Assembly (NCBI RefSeq): GCF_009914755.1
Contig: NC_060939.1
Reading direction: 5' to 3' (one strand)
DNA: 64,000 nucleotides
Origin: the human T2T-CHM13v2.0 reference genome, Homo sapiens
Part shown: piece after piece, positions 52,501 to 64,000 of the stretch
How positions within the stretch are numbered: position 1 is the stretch's first letter
Layout: each line of letters begins with the position of its first letter
Position numbers and translations under genes: made by a program
Notes under the pieces: model-generated
The model's input: the letters and a program-made list of their open reading frames with translations, nothing else
What the model was told of the DNA's origin: nothing
The model's database searches: none

Positions 52501-54198
52501 TGTTGGAAGTGGGAGGCAGTTGGGCTCCAGGGCACAGATTCTTAGCCTCTCTGTTGTGCTACCTCTGTCAGAGAAAAAGCAACCAACGAAGACCCAGCTG
52601 CCTGAGAAATGTGGCCCACACTGGATTGTTCAAGGAAAATTATTTCCCTAGCATCACGGTTCTGGCCTGAGCTGCCTGTCTGAGGCACCCAGGGAGTGGA
52701 TTCAAGTAGACATTCTAATTTAGTTGGTCTGGAGTTGGGGGCCTATATCTTTATTTTGTCAAGGCTCCCCAGATGTTCTGATGAAACACTGTGATTAGGA
52801 CCACCCCCTTCCTTTGTGAGTTGTTACCCAGGTGCTGCCCTGAACAGCTTACTCTCTCTCTCTCAGTTCATGTTGGAACACTTTGTCTGGTTTCACCTTC
52901 CCAGTAAAATGGATGTTGGGCAACAAACAGTTGTCATCTCACTAGTCACGTCTGAATGTCCTTGGGCAAATCACCTCCCTAATATCGAGCCCCAGTTTCC
53001 TCCTGTGTAAAATGTGAATTTGTTTTAGTGTGAAGATTTAAGACTCGAGTTTGTAATTGGTCATTGAATAAACCCGATGTCTTTTGATTTAGGACTCTGT
53101 AGTAGCAGGTAGGGGCTGGGAGGAGTTGCCGCTCTGGCTTGAATTAGGCATGGGGACTATTTGTGGATTTTATATATCTATCATTCCATATGCATGAATA
53201 TTTGGAAGTGAGAGTCACCACAGGATGCTGTCACCTAAGTGATCCTGAATGGTCTCCAACACAGAGGACCCTCACTGAAAACGTCAAGATCTCTCCTCCC
53301 CAGCAAGAAGTACAGTTTAATTGAGGAAGAGTCTTGAAGGGACAGAGTCCTAAAGAAGGGGAAGCCCAGATTAAGAATGCCACCCACTTCCACATGCATG
53401 CACACGTGCACGCGCACACACACACATCTACTTTTTCCAAGGGTGCTGAAGCCATCCAGGCAGAAATAAGCTGCTTTTAAGAAATTTGTCTTTGGTGGGT
53501 CTGTGCATAAGAAATTCCAGCACAGATGTCTGTCAGCAACAGACACTCTGGGCCAACACAGCAGCAGCTCTCCTTCCCTAGTGAGTTCTGGCTCCTGGTT
53601 TGCATCATCAACTTAGTCCTTCCATTCAGTCTATCTGGCCAGAGCCCTCCTAACTGCACTGGATCCCTCCCAAGGAGCAACCACATAATCCCCGCCAGGG
53701 CTCAGCCCAGACCTCTCCCTTGGTGCTCACAGCCATGGGCTCTGAAGGGCTTTCTGGGTCTGCGCTCTTCGCTCATGGTATTCCCCAGCCCTCTTAGGTC
53801 AGGGGCAGAAGTTGCTCCACAAGCAGTTAGAAACACGCCAGAAGAATGTGGTGAGTTTTCTGAGAGCCGCTGAGTAGCTGTGGGCCGATTCATGACTCAG
53901 TTTCATCCACTTCAGGACTCCCTGGGAGGCAACTTTCCCCCAGTTCACCTCTACCTCTCTGTGGATCACTGATTAAGCCTGGCTCTGCCTTCTTCACACC
54001 CTGGGCCTCCAGAGGTGACCCTCTGTGAAGCCTAGGCAGGGCCAAAGACAGGCCATCAGCTTCAAAGGAGAGGAGTGAGGTCTTTGTTTCCTTCACAGCA
54101 GTGGTTTTTAAACCACAGAAGTTGCTTAGAAAGGCCTCTGGGAACTCTCTTGGGGAAGACTGCAGGGGATGGAGGCCACAAGGACCTGTTTCTGTGTC

Positions 54199-54592
54199 TG
54201 TATTAGTCTGTTTTCACACTACTATAAAGACGCTACCTGATACTACCCAAGACTGGGTAATTTATAAAGGAAAGAGGTTTAATTGACTCACAGTTCTGCA
54301 CGGCTAGAGAGGGCTCAGGAAACTTACAATCACGGCAGAAGTCAAGAGAGAAGCAAAGGCATGTCCTACATGGCAACAGGCAAGAGAGACCCAACGAGCA
54401 AAGAGGGAAGAGCCCCTTATAAAACCATCAGATCTCATGAGAACTCACTCACTTTCACGAGAATAGCATGGAGGAAACCACCCCCATGATCCAATCACCT
54501 TCCACCAGGTCCCGCTCTCAACATGTGGGGACTATAGGGATTTTACAATTTGAGATGAGATTTGGGTGGGGACACAGAGCCAGACCATATCA
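54199..54592 (-). mobile_element. THE1 (THE1D-like) solo LTR
   Basis: tgtattagtctgttttcacact..gagatttgggtggggacacagagccagaccatatca; TSD gtgtc/gtgtt. Confidence 0.92.
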
Positions 54593-56534
54593 GTGTTAGA
54601 TGAGCTAATGTGCTGAGGGCATTTCCCAGCACCTAATAAGGGTCCATACATCTCAGCTGTTACACACTGCTAGCAGGGGGCAGGATCTTCCAGATGCCAA
54701 GGGAAGAACTTTACATATGTTCTCCATGAAATCCTACTAAGGTTTCTGCAGAATAGGTATTACACTATCACAGTTTTATAGATGAAACTTGGACACGTTA
54801 AGTGGCTTGTCCAATGCCACACAGCAGCAGTATGTGGCAGAATCTGGTTTTGTATATGAATTAGTCTGACTCTAAAATGTGGACTCTTCCCCCTGGTCCG
54901 GGCTGTCTTATTTTCCCTTAGAAAAATCTGCAAGCTTCTCAATGCATGTGTTTCTTAAAATGACTAACAAAATACAAAATTTTTAAAAGGTAAACAAGAG
55001 CTATTAGGACAAAATCCAAAATGCCTGTCATTATAATCAGTGTGGGTATTGTAATGGAGCATAAAATGATGATCTGGCCTCCTGAAAGGCCAAAGAGTGA
55101 TATAAAATACAATCAGTAAAATCTGTCTTCCTGAGCCCTCGTCCTCTGGTGGCTCTTCCTCCCACATCCCGGTATCTACCTCTATCCTTCTACCAGAAGT
55201 ATTCTAGTGTCTACTGCTTGATCACCACCCAGGGTAGCATCCCATGCCCTGGTCCTATCTCTCCTCCTTCAGCTTGCGAGCCTGCCTTGGGTGATCAATT
55301 TTTCGTGCAATTTTTTGTGCAGGCATACAAATCAGAGAAAAAGCCATGTGCAAAAAAGAATTGGTCTGGGCAGCACAGGCAATTACAGACCAGGGCAGAG
55401 TACAGTGAAGGACCGTTTGAGGATTAGACAGGAGGCGCAGTAAGCTTATCTCCAGTGGAGGAAGCCTCTCCATAGGTCGTGGGCATGAGGGAGAATTCAG
55501 AACTGGAGTGTCTTTGGACACCTTACATATTGTATCACACAGTCTCCTGCCTACTTCACCACGGTTTTGGCTGCTCATTCTCTTCACAATCAGTGCAAGG
55601 TCAAACAAATTTTACCAAACAATCCTGGAAGAGCAGGATTATTTCCCTGAACATTGCATCCCCTTCCTACTCTGTTGGTGTGCGGGACAAATGCAGCTAA
55701 TTAAATCTGATACTGAAGGCAGAGTACGTCAACCAGTGGTTCCCAGTTCCTGGGGGCTATGAAGATATTTCAGGGGTCTAAGAAACCATATGTGCACCAA
55801 GCACTTACTGTAGACTGACTATGCCTCCTATTATTGTGAACCACCATTTCACACATGTACGCAGATACTATTGAGGCCAAGGAGTTTCAGCTCAGAGAGA
55901 ATGCTGAACACGGCAGGCCCCATGACAGATATTCCACTCCTTGCTTATATACCTGCAACATACCCTTCTTTCTTAACAGCTTTCAATACATCCTATTCAT
56001 TGTAATGAGTATTACACAGCTATACACAACTCACTTGCTCCCAGCAAGAAGGCAACCAAAGACATGTGTTCTGCAGGTACTATGTGCAATGGCTAAGTCA
56101 TGTGGACCCTTGAAAAGTTGACTTTCTGCAGCAAGCCCATGATCTTCTGATAATACTCCTCCAGTGTTCCTTCTGCAACCCTTTCTAACGATAGGTCCTC
56201 TCTATTCTGCAAACTCGGGGCAAATGGTGAATGGAGACACAACCAACACACCTGACAAATATGGTGGAAGGTGAACAGAGAATTTTTAAGCTGGCAATAA
56301 AGAAAATAATAACATCTATTTTGTTTTTTAAAAAAATGAAAGAGGGAATGGAGTAGTGTTATTCAATTGTCAGATACTTTAGCAGAGAGTGGAAAATTCA
56401 CCTGAAAAAGAGGGAGGGACAATCCCCTTATTTCTACAACTGATCCTAAGGCTGTAGCTACCATTTATAACTCTCTTCTTCACCTCTTCCATGTTCCCTT
56501 TGCTTTTTGCCCAAGGGAGTAACTCTAACTTTTG

Positions 56535-57010
56535 CTATCAGAAAATCTTTTGGCTGCAAATAATAGAAAACCCAAGAGTGATTGGATCCAACTGCAAATA
56601 CTAGAAAAGCTATCAGTGGTGTAAATAAATAGAGATTTGTTTTTCTCATATAGCAGGAAGTAGAAAGCAATTTCTGGTGTTGGTTTAGCAGTAATGCAGG
56701 TCTCTGGGTCACATCTCTGTTCTGCTCTCACGCTTTGCCTCCTGATCACAAGAAAGCCATCATCGGTGTCCAAGCCATGTTCAAGGCAAGAAGACTGAAG
56801 AGAGATTGACACCAGCTGCTTCCAGACTTTGTATCAGCAAAAGCAAAGCTTTCATAGGAGCTTCCAGCAACCTTCTCCTTCCATCCATCTTCCTGGCCAA
56901 AACTGAGTCACACCACCACTTCTGGCTGTATTTAAGGCTGTGAAATCAAATATCCAGCAAAAGGAGAGGGGAATGTCATACTGGCTTAAACCTAATGCAA
57001 TTCTTTAACT
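56535..57010 (-). mobile_element. Old MLT1 (K/L-like) LTR
   Basis: tttggctgcaaataatagaaaaccc..tggccaaaactgagtcacac..aaggctgtgaaa. Confidence 0.55.
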
Positions 57011-57325
57011 GGGTCATCTTGAATAACCTTCCCCTAAACAAAATGAGCAAGAAAGACGTAAGGAAGTAACTGGGTAGATGGCACACTTGCCTGTCTTGTC
57101 TAGTCACAGCTTTCTACTAACTTTTATAGTCCCTTGCATCATATTTTACAATAAGACCTTCCCTTGATAATCAACAACAAGGTCCTTTGCTAATACCCTG
57201 TAGCCCCAGCATTGATCAAATTGCTTATGGCAGTTTCTTGTTCTGGAGGATTTTTATCATGTCCATTAGAGGAAGTATCTCTCTACTGGGTAATGAAACT
57301 TCCAGACCAGCAGATTTCAGCTGCA

Positions 57326-57475
57326 ATGGTGAGACTGCATCATCAGGCATAAACATGAGGGTCATGCTTACAGTCATGCCATGGTGAGACTGCAACATCA
57401 GGCATAAACATGAGATTCATACTTATGGTCGTGCCATGGTGAGACTGCATCATCAGGAATAAACATGAGGGTCAT
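57326..57475. repeat. 55-bp tandem repeat, ~2.7 copies
   Basis: atggtgagactgca recurs at 57326, 57381 and 57436. Confidence 0.95.
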
Positions 57476-59115
57476 CCCCACCTCCACCCAGAGATTCCTG
57501 GGTCTTTTCCCCTCATTATGGGAGGAGACAGCACCATATAAGATAACCTAAAACCATTAATGTATTTACCATTGTTTTGCTCTCATTATATCTTTGCTCA
57601 ACCAATCATCCCAAAACAAGAGTTATGTAAGTGTGTGAGAAATAATTTTGACTTCAAAAAGGGTTCCTCACACTCAAAGGAGGTTGGATCCTTGCTGGTA
57701 CAGTGGGAGGAGCTCCAGGAGTTCAGAGACTTTTGTGCAAAACCTGGCTCTGCAGCTAGGTAACCAGCTTTGTGACCACGGAGAAACCATATCCTCTCTC
57801 TGGATCTGTTTTGTGCTCTGTAGGATCGGCATGTTGGACCAGATAACTGCGAAGGCCGCTTCTAGCTTGCAACATTTTCTGCTAATTTATTAGGATCATG
57901 CAACTCTAAAATCCTGCGGTCCTATTACTTTCAGCGTTTAAACTTCTTGTTCTTCTTAGTTTGTCTTCATTTCAGACACTAAAGATGGATGTCTCATTTC
58001 CACTAAAAAGAACGAGCTTTCACTTTAATTACCTAGAATGTTGTAGTAGTATGTAAAAAGACTCCCCGTGGTCGTCATGCTATATTATTTACAACTTCTA
58101 TTTTCAAACATTTAAAAAAGGAAGGAAAAGGAACTCAGTTCAAAAAGTCTTAAATCCCCCCAAAGTAAAATAAAACAAACTGAAATTGTCTGGGTATTAT
58201 TGATATCTTTCACCTTCTAGGATAATTGGCCATCCATCAAAAGTTTCACAAGTTTCTAACAGAATTCATTAATGCCAAAATTCACTTATTCACACGTGAT
58301 GCAAAAATGATGGTGTGTGTGCCATGGTGAAATAAATCTTCATTTAACAAATAAATGTCAAGAATATTTGAAGATTTTTTAAAATTAAATGTTTGGTTTT
58401 TCATGCCTCTCTTTCTGGCCAAAAAATGATTACTGGATGAGCTACAGAGAAAACTGAGCTGGGAATTACTTATTAAAACTGTCAGCTGCACTAACTGTGT
58501 GATCTTAACCAAGTCCTTTTACATTCTTTAGCTTTGAAATGGAGAGGATAATAAGGAACACTCACAGCTTTGGTGAGAATAAAATCACACCGGAAGTAAC
58601 ATGATAATATATGCCAACATTTTAATAAATTATAAAATACAATTAAAATTCAAAACTCATGGACTAAAATGGAAATGATAAAAAAGAATCATTTGTGAAA
58701 TATGTGATTTGTAATTAATAATTTTGCTGGAAGTTCAAAAGATCCTGTACCTCTGATTTATTTGCCAAAATCCAAAGCAGCTGAATGCCTACTGGTACAC
58801 ATACACCCACATATGTACTTTCCTTTAAAAGGATTTTAGAAATTTGTTTTCGTTTCTTTGGAAAAATTAATTATTTACATCATGTTATTGTTTTGCAGGT
58901 ACACATATGCCAAAACTTATCAAATTGCACACTTAAAATGGGCCTGGTTTATTATATGTCAGTTCTCCTGAAATAGAGCTGTAAAAATATTAATTCTAAG
59001 TAGTTACTTGATATGGAGGATTATATCCTGGTTAACTCACTCTTCCAGCTTTCTTCTCTTGCATTTCCCTTTGTGAAAGTGGCTGAACGTTTATCCAAAT
59101 GGTGATATTTCAGAA

Positions 59116-59586
59116 TGGCAGAGTTCAGGATATGCTACCTGGAAATATGGCACCTTGGCACACTGAATATTTTAAGCTAAAGGAATTTGAGAAACAGCAT
59201 ATGCAGAAAGGACCCTCTGACCTTCCCCTGAAGCAGATCATTAGACATTCATGTGAGAGGTGGCCTCCTTTATACCCAGAAGAAAGGAACATCCTTACCT
59301 CTGAAGACAAAGGGACCCAGGAACCTGAACGAGTGGGCCTTGCTAAGTTTCTCCCAGTTTATTACACTTAGCCCATGCCCCCTTTGTCCTGCCATGTTTC
59401 TCCACAACTCTCTGCTCTTCATCAAACGAAGGATAAAAACACTCAGGTTTAACCACTTTCTTGGGTGTTCATTACCTTATGAAGGCTCTCACATGCTTTT
59501 CTCTTATTAATCTGTCTTTTAGCACAGAAGGCCCTGCCAATGAACATAAGATGGATAGCAGGAAAAGACATGTTTCCTCCCCTACA
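59116..59586 (+). mobile_element. MER31-like ERV1 solo LTR
   Basis: aaatatggcaccttggca..gaatattttaagctaaaggaatttgagaaacagc..ggccttgctaagttt..tttcctcccctaca. Confidence 0.85.
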
Positions 59587-59827
59587 AGAACAAGAGACAG
59601 AGGAACATAAAGAATTACAATGAGGAAAAAAAAAACAAGGAAAATAATTAGTGAACACCTGCTTTACGTCAGACACTGCATATATTCATTTGATTTTCCC
59701 AAAAAGCTGATGAGCTGGGTATTTGCTGTCCACTTGTTACTGAGAAGGAAGCTGGTACTCAAAAGACAAAATGACTGAATGTCATAGAGCAGGATTCTCA
59801 ATTTGTATGCACAGTGAAGTCACCTAG

Positions 59828-60179
<352 letters not shown>

Positions 60180-61269
60180 GGCTTTGGCATTCTTAAAAGA
60201 TCCTCCAGGGATTCTGTCGTGGAAAGGGTTTAGGAACCACCATCCGAAAGTAGTTGGTGGAGATGTTAATTGCCCCAGTTCTTCCTTCTCTCTGGGTAGA
60301 CACTCTGCCTAGACACATCCACAAGGCCACACCACTTCTGTAGATTTTGAACAAGCTTCATATTAGTTGGTATACAGCTGTTGCCTCAAGCCCCCGTTCT
60401 CTCCAACAACTTCACTTCCTTTCTCTGGCTCCCCAGCCTCTCCTCAAAACCCCTCAACCCAGCAACTAAAGAGTTGGAAGACTCTGACTGGCCCTACGTG
60501 CTAAAAAGGTTATTAAATACCTTGGAAATCATCTCTACCAGTTTTAATACTCATTCCCTTTTCACAGTACTTCAGTGCACGTGGACAGAGTCTGAAAGAA
60601 GATTTTGGGCAAAAAGCTTCCTGAGCATAGGTCACACGAAGCTGAAAATCCCTACCCGACCTGTCCACCATGCTGATACTAACTGGTAAAGCCAACAGCA
60701 AATTGGGACCTTTGCTCAGTTTTTGCAAGAGACCTCTTGGGACTGTGAGGTCAAAACGTGTTTTGTTCTCAAATATACCAAGTCCATAGTCAGGTGAACT
60801 CCATGCTCCATGAGTTGTCCAAAACAAAACAAACAAAAAGAAAAAAGCAAGACACACTAAGAAAATAAAGGGAAAAGAAAGACCCAGGAAATGATCTCAC
60901 ACTTCCCAACCAGCTCCTTCTTCCTGTAATACAAAGAACAGGCCCAATAAGTCTGAGGTTTGAGCAAAGCATTTCTGTCCTCTCTGGGGCAAACAGGAGG
61001 GACTGCAGCTTTCCATCATTAGCCAGAGTAAACCACATTAAATAGAACAATCAAGCAACATGCAGGGACCGGCTAGAAGCATGTGGCCTCTGTAAATCTG
61101 GTCAGAAATAGTAAATACAGGAAACGGAGACAATATGCTGCCCTATTAGTTCATTCTCTTTCATAATTAACAGCAGATGAATGTAAGCAGTGATACAATC
61201 TTTATCTTACCCAAAGCACCTTAATCCTCTGAGACCCCAGCTTTACTGTCTGCAGAAAGTGAGTCCTTT

Positions 61270-61530
61270 TTAACTCATTTAACAGACATCAATTGAGCAA
61301 CTACTATTTGCCAAAAACTCTGCTAGGAGCTAGCGTGGAATGTAAGCCTAAGTAAGACATGATGTTGGTTCCCAGGAGCCCAGGAGACAGACATGCAAAC
61401 AAATAATTATAACGCACTCTGGGAAAAGCTGTAACAGACTCTATGCAAGGTGCATGGGAGCTCAGAGCAAGCAGTAATTAGTTTGGCTGCTGAGTTAGGA
61501 AAGACCTCAAGGAGAGGCAGCATCTGAAAT
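61270..61530 (-). mobile_element. L2 3' fragment
   Basis: ctcatttaacagacatcaattgagcaactacta..acatgcaaacaaataattat. Confidence 0.65.
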
Positions 61531-62531
61531 AACATCACAGATGGATGGGTCCAGATAATCCCTGTGGTTTATTTCAACTCTGTGTTCAGATTCTGTTAAA
61601 AAAAAAAAAAAGAGAGAGAGAGAGAGAGAAAGAGAGAGAGTACAATAGAGACACACGCTGAGAGCAGTCTTGAATAGGCATGCATGTTCCTTAAAGGGTC
61701 AGAGCCTCTCTTTATGCATCACTGAGCACCCAAGACAGTGGCCTGTTGATATTTGCTAGATCTTGAAAGGTATCAGACTAAGGTATGATTTGGAGATTAT
61801 GTCACGACATTAAAGAATCAGCCTTCAGTGAGGAAACAGTGGATCCCTTCACTATGAATCACGCATTTCTCAGAAGTCTCTGATTCCCTGAAATTTCCCT
61901 TGGAAAATTCCCAAATGCACTAGTGAACTCTTCCAAATGGCACAGTTTTCGATCATGTCAGCCTCACCATTCCAGTAAGAAAAACTGGGTGTCCCAGTAA
62001 GATTTTCAATGGGAACGTCTTTCCCATTGAAGACGTGGTTGGGTTTCATTTTTTCACCTTCCCTCCCCCTGTTTCTTTTTATGGGCTGGTTTGGAGTGAT
62101 AATTTATTGTTTTAAAAAAGAGTAAACCTATGATATTTCTAAATAGAGACTTTGGAAAAAACCTGACAATTCTGGGAATATATGTGGAATTAATGAAAAG
62201 TTTTCCCTAAAGAACAGCCCCCTTTCAAGGCCTGCTGTCTGGGAGCCAAATGGAAGGGAGGGCAGGGCAGGAGAGAGGAAAAGGCATTCCAAAAGCAAAC
62301 TCAGGAGCAGACTTTGGTAGAGGAGAAAAGAAATGAATTCATCAATTCTGACCCCTCCCCTCCCCACCTAATCATCATGGCAGGTAGGAACTTCTCCCAT
62401 AAGTTTATTGGTGCGTTTGTCTAACTATGTTCTTACTGAGCATCTATACAACCCAGGAACTGGAAGAGAGGAATCAGATACAAAGGCAAAGGAAAAGGCT
62501 CTCAAAGCAGCTTATGCTCTATACGCAGGTA

Positions 62532-62886
62532 TGGATGGTCCCCAACTTGTGATGGTGCTGCTTACAATTTTTCAGCTTTACTATGGCAAGAGGCATTCAG
62601 TAGAAACTATACTTCAAGTACCCATACGACCATCCTGTTTGTGACTTTTGGTATACTATTCAATACATTACTTGAGATTTTCAACGCTTTATTATAAAAT
62701 AGGCTTTGTGTTAGATGATTTTGCCCACCTGTAGTCTGATGTCAGTGTTCTGAGCCCATTTAAGGTAGGCTAGGCTAAGCTTGATGTTCAGTAAGTTCCA
62801 TATATTAAATGTATGTTTCTGAGGATATTTTCAACTTACAATGGGTTTATCAGGATGAAACCCCATTATAAGTCAAGGAGCCTCTG
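62532..62886 (-). mobile_element. MER47A (TcMar-Tigger MITE)
   Basis: TA-flanked; ggtccccaactt..aaataggctttgtgttagatgattttgccc..taaggtaggctaggctaagc..aagtcaaggagcctctg. Confidence 0.85.
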
Positions 62887-63842
62887 TACATGGATTTTTT
62901 TTTTATCATGAACAAAGCATAGGGGGCAGTGCTGAGTGCGGAAAGTAGTCTTGGCCTCTTGGTCTCTCCATCGAAAGCTGGCACTAGGTGTGCAAGGACC
63001 ACAGTAAATTCTATGCCTGGATATAGACATGTTTGGGAATCCTCCCACTTCTGGGGCAAGCAGAGTCCATTGCAGAGCAAGGTGTTTGGGAGATTCCTCT
63101 CTGACCAGCTCCTGCAGCCTGCCCTCCTCCTCTGGGACGTGCGTCCACGGCTTCAAGGCCCCGCGTGGTGTGGGAGGGGCATGAAGGCATGCGCTCCATT
63201 ATGCTGAGGACAGCGAGTCTGAGGGAAGATGAACTGCTGGCTGAAGAGCTCGGCATGGTAAAAGCACTCAACAGGAGGTCAGGACACCTGAGATTTTGTC
63301 CCAGCTCTGTCACTCACAGGGTTGTCACCCTGTCACCAAAAGGAGACAACTCACTCAGTCTCTTGCCTCCGCTTCCTTACCTATAATGTTGGAGGTGGAT
63401 GATATCATCTCTGTTTCCTCCTCAGGTTCCCCCAGAACCTGGGTGAACTGTCCTCAGGGGCCCCACCTTGGCCCCCCGCCTGAGGCTCTCAGCCAGCGTG
63501 ACCAGTGTGGCTTCCCAGGAGACCACCCCCAGAGAAGGTAATAAATGCCATGGCTGGGAGAAAAGAGCTGTCCTGTTCCTAAAATGGATGTCCCCATTGT
63601 GAATCACTAAGCTAGGAGTCTTCCTTACATCCTTTATCTGTCTTTTTGAGCCCTGCCAGTTCCGGGTCATGACAAGGCTGAGGGACTATTGCTGGGGTAA
63701 GACCACGCCAGGCCCTCCACAGGTGTCTCCTGACAAGACCTTATTCAGTTCCCTTCCTTCTCTTTGTTACCGAACCCACTTGTCCAGCACTTACTGAGGC
63801 TCTCTTGACCCAGGAGCTTATAGTCTAGTTGGGGACAAAGAT

Positions 63843-64000
63843 GTTGCTATGGTTGAACTGTATTTTCCCTAAATTTTTATGTGAAGTCTAACCCCCAGTA
63901 CCTCAGCATGTGACCTTGTCTGGAAATAGGGTCATTGCAGATGGAATTAGTTAAGATGAGGTCGCAAGGGCAGGCCCTAATCCAGTATGACTGGTGTCCT
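63843..64000 (+). mobile_element. MLT1A/B-like LTR, cut by the window end
   Basis: tgctatggttgaactgt..aacccccagtacctcag..ggaaatagggtcattgcagatg. Confidence 0.85.

Noticed and set aside
57326-57475. CRISPR-like repeat-spacer appearance
   Set aside because: Eukaryotic context, no cas genes, and the linkers are homologous to each other

Overview
This is primate (almost certainly human) genomic DNA, not prokaryotic. It is an intronic or intergenic interval heavily occupied by interspersed repeats: at least 10 Alus, old L1M/L1PB pieces, L2/MIR, MaLR/ERVL/ERV1 solo LTRs and hAT/Tigger DNA transposon fossils. I cannot support any intact protein-coding gene, RNA gene, CpG island or CRISPR-like array, and I cannot name the locus. 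The only ORF with recognisable protein identity is a dead L1 ORF2 fragment (4479-5174); the rest of the ORF track looks like chance or repeat-derived ORFs. I found no convincing new multi-gene system. The most notable signals are small-scale genome-history and cis-element features. These include two non-tandem local duplications resembling templated repair insertions, a 21-bp minisatellite made of E-boxes that reads as 5' splice sites on the other strand, and a 55-bp tandem repeat. There is also a target site used twice by retrotransposition, a twin-primed L1PB with a T tract where the A tail should be, several perfect micro-hairpins, a GATA cluster upstream of a TATA box, and a few isolated exon-like segments. 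Repeat subfamily names are recalled from consensus sequences by eye; boundaries of old repeats are approximate.
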